Under the pieces are notes generated by a model. It was not told the DNA's origin. It was given only the letters and a program-made list of their open reading frames with translations, and searched no databases. A stretch of DNA of 44,247 nucleotides, counting the filler, from Sphacelaria rigidula (taxonomy: Eukaryota), in NCBI GenBank assembly GCA_964200075.2. It is 2 parts of 2 records of this genome, joined end to end, with 100 filler letters (N's around TTAATTAATTAA, not from the genome) between each part and the next. Parts side by side here need not be neighbours in the genome. Positions count along the whole stretch, not along the records: positions 1 to 22,076 come from CAXNAA020000357.1; 1 more part is not named here. The stretch is one strand, 5' to 3'. Positions 1 to 10,934 of this stretch are shown one piece after another (the stretch's first letter is position 1; each line of letters opens with the position of its first letter). Made by a program: the position numbers and the translations under genes.

Positions 1-154
1 CGTCTCGAAAGGGAGGCGTGGTCAATGGTCAGACGACTAAGGCAAGCAACAAATGAGAACGCCCCCCCCCCCCCGGTGTCTCCGTCTCGAAAGGGATGCG
101 TGGTCAATGGTCAAACAACTAAGGCAAGCAACAAATGAGTACGCCCCCCCCCCC
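1..154 (+). mobile_element. Two tandem 3'-terminal fragments of LINE family A (1-74 and 80-154), each ending in a C-run
   Basis: Both match CTCCGTCTCGAAAGGGATGCGTGGTCAATGGTCAAACGACTAAGGCAAGCAACAAATGAGTACGCCC, also the 3' end of the LINE at ~43140-43205. (C)nGGTGT is duplicated at 62-79 and 144-159 (TSD). Confidence 0.85.
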
Positions 155-159
155 GGTGT

Positions 160-890
160 ACACACGAAATTTCCGGATGGGTGTGGTTTGATGGCCGAAG
201 AATCAGTCAATCCGAACACTCGATTCATGACGTCAAGAAACTAGTGGACAGTCGCCACGTCTTCTTCGCGAGACACTGCTAGAAGAAGTAAGTATGCAAC
301 AAAACAAGGCGAATCCTTGCATTTCTAGGATGCGTGTAGAAGAGGCGGAGTAGTGGAGGTGATACCCTGATAGTCGTACATGTAGACGGTATTTTGGATG
401 GTGAGGCAAACGAGAAGGGAGCTCAGTTACTTGTGAATGCTGACGCAGACTACGCAAAAGAATGTATCTAATGAACGTTCGGCTTCGAGCTCGGCTGTGA
501 TGTTTCAGGTGCGGCGATGTCCACAACTATTCACACACAACACTATGCGGCCCTGGGGAGAAACATGTCGCAATGGCCGAGAAGGTCAAGGACAGAATGC
601 TCGCAAGGGTGGAAGTGTCATTTTCGCGAGCGAGAGTAGTACTTATCGGCGCAGCCGGGGTTGTATTGTACGAGGACAATCACGGGACCAATGCTTTGCC
701 TGAAAACCTCATTAGTTCTGGCTATAGTAAGCACGTTGATGTGAGGTGAAATTTGTCGGCGATTTTTGTTTGGACGAATTATGCCGAGATCGTAGATGTA
801 GACTCGGGATAGCAGCATGCTGACAACCACCCACGTTTACACTCTTCTAAGGATATACCGGAGTGCATTAATAAACCTACCGGGTGACAC
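160..890 (+). mobile_element. Degenerate Ty1/Copia LTR-retrotransposon RT-RNase H remnant
   Basis: Frameshifted translation gives KFPDGCG, MQQNKANPC, IVVHVDGIL (YVDD motif), NADADYAK, LYEDNHG..ENLISS..SKHVDVR and QHAD, the Copia RT/RNase H motifs in order, with stops and an internal deletion. Confidence 0.8.
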
Positions 891-1837
891 GAAGGAGTAC
901 GCGATTTGTGTGCGTGTCGACGGGGTGTGTTAGCCCCAGATGTCGAAAAAAGTAATGCCTAAGAGAGAGAAATGACCGCATGTTGGGTGAAGTCATCTCT
1001 GCTACTTTGAGGGTGGTAGCTTTTCATAGGGCATTCTTTGACATAACCTACATTTTCTTGTAACAGCGTTTGTAATGGGCTGTATTGTTTGATGGCACGC
1101 AAGCGACGCTGGGATATTGTTTTTGGTACTTTGGGCAGCAGGAATGTTTCTGATACATAGTTTTCATTTTGAGCTCAGGTGTTGTTGCCTTTACGGTACG
1201 TCAGCAAACTTTGTTCGTTGAGAATAGTCTTTTTTTTGCTTGAAGAGCTAAGTCGTTCGTTCTCAGTAGTTGGAGGGTTTGTCACTGGCGTACTAGATCA
1301 GAGGGGTTGTTCATGTGAACAGAGTTCCCAGTGACAAATCTCCGTAGAATTGACGAGAGATTCGACTCACTACCTTGGCCTCTACGTAGCGGAGGGATCA
1401 ATTACATGACTATGGTCCGAGGTTCTGTGGCATGCCCACGCCATCACTCTACTCTACGACCCTTCTGATACTCTTTTTCGTGCTTTACTTCGACCTCTCT
1501 CTAACCAACAAGCGATACCATCATCTATCCTGTCAGGGGCCATTGGTTATGGAACTATTCATAGTATAAAGATCCGATCGCCCCAACCACCCCGAGCCCG
1601 CTCGCCCATGCTTTTTTTATTTGTACATCTTTCGGGTGAAATTGCCTTTGAAGTACACTGCCTCCCTACCCTGACATAAAGAAAAGCGCAAAGGCATCAT
1701 CAATGAACATATCCACCCCCACACCCGCATGCACCCTAGCGGTTTTTCCCCGCACGGGCTCATACGCACACATCCCGACACGAGAGAGAGGGCAGAGACA
1801 GGGACGAAGAGAAAGATAGAAACATACAGTCACAAAC

Positions 1838-2013
1838 CTGAAGCGTAATGACTGCTAAGCGCGTCGCCGGGTCCTTGCTAACGTACTGCATCCACGTTCC
1901 CGTCTCCTCCGTCCATTCCCGTGGCGGTAACATGGAGTTCACCATATCGTCCAACTGAGACGTTTTCCCCTGCTTCCCACCGCCATCACCCCCCTTGCCT
2001 CTCCTGTTGCCAC
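1838..2013 (-). CDS. DNALI1: Axonemal dynein light chain p28 (DNALI1/IDA4), exon 2; gene continues leftward beyond the window
   Basis: Acceptor ttcag|GTGGC at 2013 and donor CAG|gtttgt at 1838. Encodes ...KTSQLDDMVNSMLPPREWTEETGTWMQYVSKDPATRLAVITLQ, the conserved p28 motif LNSILPPREW..G..W.Q.VS..PATR.DV..LQ. Confidence 0.9.
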
Positions 2014-2281
2014 CTGAACAGTTAAATGGGTATACATTACTACAGTCCCAACTATACAGGACAATATCGTTTTCCTCTCGTCGCTAACCAACTCTATCGC
2101 TCTCATTCCCCACCTATACTGTTCCACCACCCCGCCGCATCGCGTTGTCGAAAAGCTCCCCCTTTGAAAGCAACAGTAGCGGGGATGCTGCATAGATCTG
2201 TCATGAATGTATCATGTTTTTCGTATGTCGCGGGATATGTACATGTTCTTTTAATCCCTACCCCCGCCTTCAACGACTCAC

Positions 2282-2459
2282 CCCTACCGCTGCCGTTGGC
2301 TTCGGATGAAGGTTCGAGGCCAGCAAAGATTGGCGGGTCGTACTTGACCAGCGATTGCGGGATTTCGTTTGGAAACTGCATATGCTGCCCACCACTATCG
2401 AGTACCACAGCGCCTTGTTGCCCATCCGGTCCGCGTCCGATCATAGCATCAGGATCCAT
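2282..2459 (-). CDS. DNALI1: Axonemal dynein light chain p28 (DNALI1), exon 1
   Basis: ATG at 2459. IPQSLVKYDPP matches the p28 N-terminal P.SL.KYD.P motif. Donor G|GTGAGT at 2282 is phase 1, matching the exon 2 acceptor. Confidence 0.85.
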
Positions 2460-2877
2460 TTGCCGGTGGAAGTCAACTCTTGTTGACTTCTTCGTGAAAT
2501 ATTAGTTGGTTTATGATTGACCCACGAGCGTTGTGCTGGCTTTGCTGTGCTATGCTGTTACTACTATGTACTTCCCCTGAGTATGAGGTAATGCATACAT
2601 AGAAAAGTGTGCAGTGGGTGCACAGCGAGATGGTAATATCAGCTCAACAGGATTTAACGTGGACAGCGAACCCGACACAGCGGATTGGCTCGTGAACTGT
2701 GAAAGATACGAAAAATGCGGCGGAATAAGTGAAAAAAGGTTCCGTTATCAAAATCGGAGTTCATAACACCTGTGTTGTTTTTTTGCTTCATCTCTTCGGG
2801 TGCGCTGCTTTAGTGAGTGGAAAGAGACAAGCCAGCAAGCCAGGAGACACAGAGGTGGAGATCTATCCTTCAGAAGT
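2460..2877. promoter_or_regulatory. Putative bidirectional promoter and 5' UTRs between DNALI1 and PhLP1
   Basis: 418 bp between the DNALI1 ATG (minus, 2459) and the inferred PhLP1 ATG (plus, 2878). Depends on the ATG-exon assignment. Confidence 0.4.
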
Positions 2878-2880
2878 ATG
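2878..2880 (+). CDS. PDCL: Putative ATG-only coding part of PhLP1 exon 1
   Basis: ATG|GTGAGG is a strong donor. The exon at 9746 is phase 0, has an in-frame TGA at 9737 and no ATG of its own before the conserved LEDKIL. Joining gives M-GDLEDKIL, similar to human PDCL MTTLDDKLL. Confidence 0.5.
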
Positions 2881-4243
2881 GTGAGGGTTACGAGGTATTC
2901 AGAGTTGCTCCTTCAACAAGCCCACATAACCGCCGAGTTTGTGTCGCCTTATTCTTCTGCCGTTGCGTACTCACAGCACCATTTTCCAGAACATCACACT
3001 GCAAATCCTTCCCACAGATAAAACGGCAGAGGATGCTTGCGGTATCAAAAGCCGTGGTCTAGAGCGGCCAGCTCAGTGCTCATTGCAGTACAGGAGCTTC
3101 AGACCAGCTGAGTCGTGCCCATATTACCGCGCTTTGCTGACCGGTATACGTGAGGTACTGAGTTCCAGCGTCGAGCGCTGTTTGGACGTACGTAAACAGT
3201 TCCTCCGCACCTCCGTTACGGTTGTCCCCTGTCTGTCCCGGCAAGTCTGGTCTCTTCGTACTGGACTGTGCGGTGCTTCGGCTGTTCTGTAGGGCTATGA
3301 TACAGTTATATAGCCTCCTGCCTTCTTCCCTCGAGTTTGTTGTCCTCAAGGGCACACGTAGTACAGTGTGCGAACTGGATAGTGCCGGCCACATGCGGTC
3401 GCGACACTATAATACCTGCCCACAGGAGGCAGCTGAAGTGGGGACGGGACGCACGTGAGGTGGCAGTGCGTAGTTGAGTTATCTTTGCTTCCCTCCTCTT
3501 CATACAGTTGGGTGTTGCTGATCGTCCTGTGCGGTATGGTCTGTACTGTACTGAGGGCGTGTTTCATCAACAATGACAAGAAAAGAAAAGTTGAATTCGG
3601 TTGATTTCGATCATTTTTGGATGTTGGAATCGGTTCAGCACCAGCAACAAAAATGCTCAACGGATATTAGGTTTGGGGTCAGAACAACCGACAGCGGACA
3701 GACTACGAGTAGTATAGCGGACCCAAGGGGTTCAAGTGCTGACGAGAAGGGTTGCACTGCACTGCAAAATAGTGCCCGATAGCCGGCCCGATAGCTCCTA
3801 CTTGACGATACGGCATCATGCACTTGTTGTGGGTCCCAAGCGTCAACAAATGGGGCTGTCGTGGTCGTGGACCGTTTGTGGAACCGCACAGCACAAGTGG
3901 TTTCAAAACTCCGAAGTGCACAGTTAAGGTTTGAGGCGTGAAGATCACACAATCGTTTGTATCCGTCCTTGATGCTTTTCCCAATACGGAACTAAATGCA
4001 CTCGATCGCAATACTGTATAGTGTATTCCGGTGAAGTGAGGCTGTCTGGAAAAGTGTTCGCGTTCTGATGTAGGTGTCTGTACGATGCTGTAGGGCCTGA
4101 AGTGTTCGACACGCGATTTCACTCCGGAACTTTCCGCACCTGACACAGTATATGTGTGTATATATATATATGGTCGATAGTTGCAATAGGTCTATACTTT
4201 ACGCAGTACATTTCTTGTCTGTTGCAACCATTGACCATATATT

Positions 4244-4459
4244 ACAGAAGAGAGTTTCGGAAAACTCTTTTTTCTCATTTCAGAGTGCAAATATCTCAAG
4301 ATCAGAGTGCAACGAAAAATGATTTTTCCCTCCGTCAAATGTAGTATTCCCTCGACCTTTATTCGATGAGTTTTTATTTTATTTTATTCTGCTCTCTAAT
4401 CCTGATATATATTTCACCCTAAAATGACAAAAAAAGTGTTTTCCGAGACTCTCTCTTGT
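4244..4459. mobile_element. ~215-bp MITE/foldback with ~75-bp imperfect terminal inverted repeats
   Basis: Left AGAGAGTTTCGGAAAACTCTTTTTTCTCATTTCAGAGTGCAAATATCTCAAGATCAGAG aligns with the reverse complement of the right end, AGAGAGTCTCGGAAAACACTTTTTTTGTCATTTTAGGGTGAAATATATATCAGGATTAGAG. Confidence 0.75.
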
Positions 4460-5120
4460 CCAATGTGTGGAACTTTCTTACACGCACTGACGTCCTGGTG
4501 AGCTTTTTACGCTGCCTCTCGAGAAAATCAATATTCTAACTTTTCGAGTGGGGTTTTGGGGTGTATGGTGGTGGGTTGGTTGACGATTAAATGTTGATTT
4601 GATGATTGATCATAAGCAAATCGACTTTTTGTTGATTGTTGATTATTCATTATCGATCAGCTGATGAAATGTCAATAATCTAATCAACGATCACGATGGT
4701 TTGGTTGTTTACGGAACTAGAAGAAGCATTTGCGTCGTGCAACGCAATTTTTTTGTCTTCGGCGCGCTGCAAGCTAACGATCGGTCTACTCAGACGATGA
4801 CATACGACCAGAGGAAATCCATGAGACATTGTCCACACATGGCAGTAGCAGCACACAACAGACCGCACGCCACACAGCACAGCAGTAGAGCAGTACGCTT
4901 ACACGCAACTCGACGCTACGAGTGGCGCGGTCAAACGCGATGTACGTGCTGCATCCGCCGCCGACAATGTTGCAGCGGAGTGTTCTCCCTCACTTGACCA
5001 CAGTCAAGCTGGAAGTACAGCCAATTCTGCCGTGTCGGTGGCACTGTCTGCCGACGGAGACAAAAAAGAAAATGGCCATGACTATTGAGAGGATGGAAAG
5101 GGCTCTGCACAGGAACTGGA

Positions 5121-5867
5121 CAGTGCTCTCTACCACAGGCTGGTTTTCAAACTTTTGTTGAGGAAAACGACGTCCGTGTCCGCCACCCGATCCCCGCTCA
5201 GAGGGTTGCGCCTTTCGGTTACAACAAGGCCACCTACAGAAAACGCACGTTCAGACACGGCAGATGGCGCTTAGACCGCAAGGTACTTGGGGGCTAGGAT
5301 AGCGACATGGGGATGCACACCCTTGGCCTTCGATCACCACCCTCGAGGGCCGCCTGCGTTCATCACGTCTTACTCGGATACAGGGTCGTCCTCGTAGGAG
5401 GCCCATTCGGTGAGGACCTGATCTCTCTTGTACGCAATCCTTGTCGTCTTCTTCCTGACAGGGCCAGGGGAAGCTCCACCTTCGGCGTCCTTCTCTCGTT
5501 GCGTCGTTTCCTCACGACCTCCTCCTCTTTTTCACTGAAGAAGAGGAAGAGGTCGTAATGAAGCAGGCGCAACGGAAGGCGAGCGCCGAAGGTAAAGCTT
5601 CTCCTGGCCATATGAGGAAGAAGACGAAAGCGACTGTGTCCAAGAGAGACGAGATCCTCACCGACTGGGTCTTCGACAATGACGACAGCGTGTCGGAGGA
5701 AGACGTGATGAATGCAGGCGACCCTCGCGAGTGGTGATCGAAGGCCGAGCGCGTGTATCCCCATGTCGCCATCCTAGCTCGCAACCGTCTGAGCGGGGAT
5801 CGGGTAGCAGGCACCGTTATCCCCAACGAGAGCTTGCAGCACAACCTCTGGTAGAGAGAGAGCACTG
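5121..5867. mobile_element. Inverted duplication (foldback) of a hAT transposase C-terminal fragment, centred at 5535
   Basis: Minus arm reads GW*SKAKGVHPHVAILAPKYLAV*APSAVSERAFSVGGLVVTERRNPLSGDRV (hAT dimerisation domain). Plus arm reads EW*SKAERVYPHVAILAR[deletion]NRLSGDRV. Arms 5293-5534 and 5536-5778 are reverse-complementary, about 80% identical by eye. Confidence 0.85.
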
Positions 5868-6633
5868 CTGCGGTGCTTTACAGTATGACCTACTACTTTT
5901 CACTGTTGGTATTTAATGAAGTAGGGTAGGGTGTCTTCAAATACTGCTTGCAGGGCACCGGACGAGAGGAAAATATGTCATCCTGGCATACATGTCATGG
6001 GAGATGCGGGTGTTCTATCGCTGACGACGGTTTATGGGTAGTGGGTAGGACGGTACCGCATCGGTGTATCCGTCGTACCCGCAACGTGACGTACCGTAAA
6101 TCGTCATGTCCAATGAAGGATACTCCAGTATCATAAAAGTAGACAGGTGCATAGTGCATTGAGAAAATATCTCGCTATTACAGGTGGTGTCCATAGATGC
6201 GGCTGTGATAATACACAGAACGATGCTGCTGGTGTGAGCGCGTGTGCGGTGAGTTAATTCACCATGAAATATGGGCTCATTGGGTTTTATTTTATGCTGT
6301 AAAGCTTCCAAAACTTGGAGTCATCATGACTGGTTTGTGCAACTTACGTAATCATGATTACTTGAGGCAAAATTCTTATTCGTGAGGATGGTTGATTCAA
6401 ATCAAGCAATCAACCCCAGAATCATATAATGTTGACAAAATCAAGCCGATTTGGGGCAAATCATGAACAATCAAATTAACCCCAACTTATGAGTTGGTGT
6501 GCAACACTACACATACGGTACACACGTCCAGTACCAATTCGACGAACCGACCCCCCCCTTTTTTGCTGGGACTAATACAGCACGCAGGTAGGCTTTTGTT
6601 CCGTATGCGCGTTTTTTTCATTGAAATTACGCT

Positions 6634-6638
<5 letters not shown>

Positions 6639-6671
<33 letters not shown>
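6639..6671. repeat. (TA)n microsatellite
   Basis: Directly visible. Confidence 0.95.
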
Positions 6672-6673
<2 letters not shown>

Positions 6674-7245
6674 TTTTTTAACCCTGTTGGTAGTGGCAAT
6701 GAAAAAGTGCTGATTTCGAGGTGCTGTTTTTCGAACGACATACGGTTGATTGTTTGCAGCTTCCACGCAACACTATTTTGCCCAAGGCGGGTTTTTCAGA
6801 CCCGCGCGAGTTCTAAATCCCGGTGAATCGCGTAAATATCGCACCTCGATCCTTCCGCGTGTGGTAAGAGGATTCCTATGTGCTCGGCCATACCTATTTG
6901 TTTCTGTGATGTGGCTTATTATAGCACGCCTGCCGGGTGTTACTCGGGCGGGTACCACCTCCGGACTGCAGCACAACAATACTTCGGTGCGGTGCGTCAC
7001 CGCTATTAAAGTGTGACGTAGTGCCACACGGGACTGCATATATAAAACATGGGCGGTGCCGATTTTCGTTTGATGAGATTCAGCGGCCGCGATGCTGATA
7101 TTTGCTGTGTGCACAACGTTGAAACCACTTGACCCGTTGCGTTCCCTCATTGGATAAAAGTAATCCGACAGCACAGGGACAACATTCTTGGTGCGAGCAT
7201 GACGTAGCTGGACGGATTCTTCTGTGGCCTTCCACCGTACAATGA

Positions 7246-7504
7246 AACCATCCGGACGAATCATCGCCGGTTTGAATAACCGAATCCACGACTTCTCGGG
7301 CCTGATTGATCGAAAGAGAGAAAGAAGTCGACCGCTCGTCAAGCAGGCCTCCACGCAATGTTTGCGCCATTCCACGTGCCTGGGCTTCGCGTACCTGGGT
7401 TGCAACTCTGAAAACAAAAGCGTAAGGATTGATTCCTACCGTACGAATCAATCACACTAAAATCAAGCAGTTTCCGGACGAATCGTTAATTCGTCCGATG
7501 CTTG
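7246..7504 (-). mobile_element. hAT-type MITE family C copy, inverted relative to the 8089 copy
   Basis: Reverse complement aligns over ~260 bp with 8089-8355 and 10674-10934. Confidence 0.8.
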
Positions 7505-7844
7505 CAATGGTTGTTGTCGGTATTCTCTTTTCCCATATTTTCTTCTTCGTCAGCGCTTGAAGTAATGAGGCGTTTGGACCGGGGACGGGAGGGGAGGGTT
7601 CCCAAAGGGGTAAGCCCCCACTTTGAGCTCTTTTTATCGCATATTTAGCGCGCTTCATGCGCCTCCTTCGCGTCCTTGTTGTGGCATTTTGGCAGTATCC
7701 CCCCCACGAGGCGAGCCTTCTAGCATGAAGACAAGACGACAAGTTGGGCATTCGAAGTTGTGATATTTTATCATTAATTAAAAAAATGAAACTCTCAATC
7801 AGTCATTGAGTTTGAAGGCCACAACCTGCACAGCTACACTGTAA

Positions 7845-8088
7845 CCCCCCACCGCGGGGTCGATTCGATCACCGCACGCCTTCTCCTGCCGGGAGTTCAA
7901 GCACCCCCTCAAAATTGAAAACACGCTCCGTAGACGCGGATGAAGGGTGTATAAGTACATACAGTATCCATCGCCACGAGATACCGACTGGGAAGCCTGT
8001 TCCTGTTGTCATCCGAAAACGACAGCAAGCCGTACCCTGAGTTCGCGCCTGAGGTCGCCGCCACAACATCGTCCTTCTCGGAACAGAA
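7845..8088 (-). mobile_element. Second hAT transposase C-terminal remnant
   Basis: Frameshifted translation GLLSFSDDNRNRLPSRYLVAMDTV/LIHPSSASTERVF/ILRGCLNSRQEKACGDRI resembles the hAT dimerisation domain (PSSA..ERVFS). Confidence 0.6.
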
Positions 8089-8355
8089 CAAGGGTCGGAC
8101 GAATGAACGATTCGTCCGGAAATTACTTGATTTTAGTGTTACTGATTCGTACGGTACGAATAAATGCTCACTCTTTGTTTTCAGCGTTGCAACCCAGCTA
8201 CGCGAAGCCCAGGCACGTGGAATAGCGCAGACGTTGCGTGGAGACTTGTTTGACGAGCGGTCGACTTTTTTTTTCTATTTTTCTTTTTCGATCAATCAGG
8301 CCTAAAAAATCGTGGATTTGGTGATTCGAATCGGCGATGATTCCTCCGAACCGTG
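8089..8355 (+). mobile_element. hAT-type MITE family C copy
   Basis: Starts CAAGGGTCGGACGAAT and ends ATTCCTCCGAACCGTG. Homologous to 10674-10934. Confidence 0.8.
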
Positions 8356-9001
8356 AATTCAGCCCGCCATGACCTCGGGGGTTGCAAAGGGGAAAATAGC
8401 AAGCTGACGGACCTCGCTCCCGGTGTAGCCTGCATGCTGCTGTGTATAAACGAAGTCGATGGGCTTGGCTGTACGCTGTATAAGTGTACTACAGTATTAG
8501 TCTCAATATATATATATATGTTTTGAAACAACATAGTACCACGTATATAAAATATAAAGGGGAACGTTTTGCTAATCAGACCCGCACGCAACAAAATAGG
8601 ATCACGAATCACGACCATCGAAGTTTGAAGTATTGAAGCCTGAAGCCTTTGGGCCTGTCTGGTGACGAGTCACGCCACATGGAGCACTTGCGGCAGGAGG
8701 CGCATGACACAAAAATCGCAACTTTCTGCGAGTTTCAAGCATAGTAAGCTCGTGTGAAGCACACTAAGCTCGTTTTTAAGCTTTGTGATAAAGAGGTCTA
8801 TTCACGCTCAAAACCCCCAAATTAAGCAAACTTTAATGCGCGCATACGGAACAAAAGCCTACACGCAGTTAGGAGGTGATTGTGTGTGCAATGGGATTGG
8901 ATGAAATCCATGAAAGCGCTTACTCTACCTCACACTTGAGTTTCAAAGATCGTCAACAAAATGCTGATGTCGAACAGTCCCTCCTCCCCTCCCCCCCCCC
9001 C

Positions 9002-9306
9002 AAAGAAATGGGGCGTGTTAGAGGGGGAAATGTGGGAAGTAGACGAAGGTGGCATGAAATCGTTTGATACGTAAGGCCGTAGCAAGAAAACGACAGCTAT
9101 ACTAGGAGACAGATGGTGACCAAAGACGGCGAGTCAGGAAGGGGATCAGATGTGTGAAGAGGTTCGTGTGTACCGTATGGAAGAAACGTTACGAGCGCCC
9201 GAATGTCAGAGGTGTCTCTATCAGGAGTAGGAACGGTGCTCCGTCTCGAAAAGGGATGCGTGGTCGAGGGTCAAACGACGAAGGCAAACAACAAATGGGT
9301 ACCCCC
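9002..9306 (+). mobile_element. 5'-truncated LINE family A copy (~300 bp)
   Basis: Aligns with 42900-43205. Preceded by a C-rich tract (8979-9001) and ends in GGTACCCCC. Confidence 0.85.
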
Positions 9307-9745
9307 TCGTGAGTGCACGCTTTCTGTAGAAGACAAAGCAACCCTTCGATAATGTCTATTATATTGTTGTGGCAATGAAGAACACGTGTTTGGATGTTCA
9401 GGTCATATATGTTCATATGTACACATCCACCCCTCGTTTCCTTCCCAGATGAAAGGTCGCGGCCACGCCCCATAATCCAGTTTATTTTATTTTACATTCG
9501 AGCATATATATATATATGTATACATACATACATACATATATTCCAGTGTAAACAATATACTCCACAGTAATTTACGTACATTTTCTTCAACGAAACAATC
9601 AACACGAATCCCCTCCAAAAAGTGCAGAAGTTGACCCCAAATTTGGTGGACGTGACGTGATGTATGATTTTCAAGATGTAACGTTTGTGACGTAACGTGT
9701 AACGTGTAACGTCAAGAGCCCTGCAAAATTGGTTGGTGAACACAG

Positions 9746-10037
9746 GGAGACCTCGAAGACAAGATATTGAAAAAAAACATTCCAGGGAAGTACACCTGGT
9801 GGGACAAAGACAGCGATGAGGAAGGCCCGGGGGCGCGGGCCGATTGGATCGACAGAGAGGCAAGCGATCCGGAGGCCGAAATGACAGAGCTGGAAAAACA
9901 GCAAAAGTGGGTGCAAAACGATTGCCCCGAGCCGATCAAGCGAACAATCATGGCACGAGAGGAGAAGGAACGTGCGCGGACGGGGGTGAAGGGTGTATTG
10001 GCCGACTTCGACGCTTGGAAGCTGTCGGCGGATGCTG
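9746..10037 (+). CDS. PDCL: Phosducin-like protein 1 (PhLP1), exon 2
   Basis: Acceptor cacag|GGA and donor GCTG|gtgggt (phase 1). Encodes GDLEDKILKKNIPGKYTWWDKDSDEE...RTGVKGVLADFDAWK, containing the phosducin/PhLP1 G-beta-binding motif TG(P/V)KGV..D. Confidence 0.9.
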
Positions 10038-10673
10038 GTGGGTGAAAGGAAGTGGAGCGTGGCGTGCACGAAGGGAAGAATGGATAGGGATGGGGATGAG
10101 GATGGGGATATATGTACCCTTTGTCGCACCAACTAGCTGGTGGTGCAGTTTTGTTATGAGGACAATATGAGGGGTCGTATTAATAGGGTAATTTTTTCAT
10201 ATATATATGTTTATACATATATATACTTTTTACTTTTTTTCCCCACCGACGTCTTCTAGACAAAAGTCGTTGCAAAAAAAAAAAAATGGACGCTAGATTT
10301 CCGAACTCTTGATTTTTTCTTGTTCTCGTCGAACTTCGAGGGGGAATTTGAAATTTGATGGGCTGCGTGCGAGATTGCTGGCCCGCAATGTTCGATAACA
10401 AGATGTGAGGCGGGTAGGTGCTGGGGGTGAAGTGGGTTGATCCCTTGAGGCTACCGACTCTTCCAAAGGAAGGGGAGGGGTGGTGGGAGCACGACGGAAA
10501 ATAACAACATAAGTCATGACGGGCTGGTTTTTCGTTTGTTTTTGTCCCTCGAAGGGAGGAGGTAACCCCACCCAACACTTAACCTGCGAACGGGTTCGAT
10601 TACCCGGAGGGTCGGGTAGACCACCGGATGGTGATCATATGGGATGGGACGCCTCAAGCATTCGAAAAGCTTT

Positions 10674-10934
10674 CAAGGGTGGGACGAATGAATGATTCGT
10701 CTGGAAATTACTTGGTCTTAGTGTGATTGATTCGTACCGTACGAATCAATCTTCAGGCTTTGTTTTCAGCGTTGCGACCCAGGTAGTACGCGCGGCCCAG
10801 GCACGTGGAAATGGCGCAAAAATTGCGTGGAGACCTTTTTGACCAGCGGTCAACTTTTTCCTCTCTTTTTTCGAGCAACCAGGCCTGAAAGACCGTGGAT
10901 TTGTTTGAACCGGCGATGATTTGTGCGAACCGTG
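10674..10934 (+). mobile_element. hAT-type MITE family C, 261 bp with 8-bp TSD
   Basis: AAAGCTTT flanks both ends (10666-10673 and 10935-10942). Imperfect ~16-bp TIR consensus CA(A/C)GG(G/T)TCGGACGAAT. An 8-bp TSD is typical of hAT. Confidence 0.85.

Noticed and set aside
900-1500. Possible 3' LTR of the Copia remnant after a purine tract near 961
   Set aside because: No second LTR in the window and no clear TG...CA boundaries.
6773-7417. 214-aa minus-strand ORF, and the 222-aa ORF at 42062-42730
   Set aside because: The first runs through MITE family C and the second is antisense to LINE ORF2. Neither has recognisable protein features.
10585-10610. B-box-like GGTTCGATTACC suggesting a tRNA gene
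   Set aside because: No cloverleaf or properly spaced A box. It lies in repeat-derived sequence.
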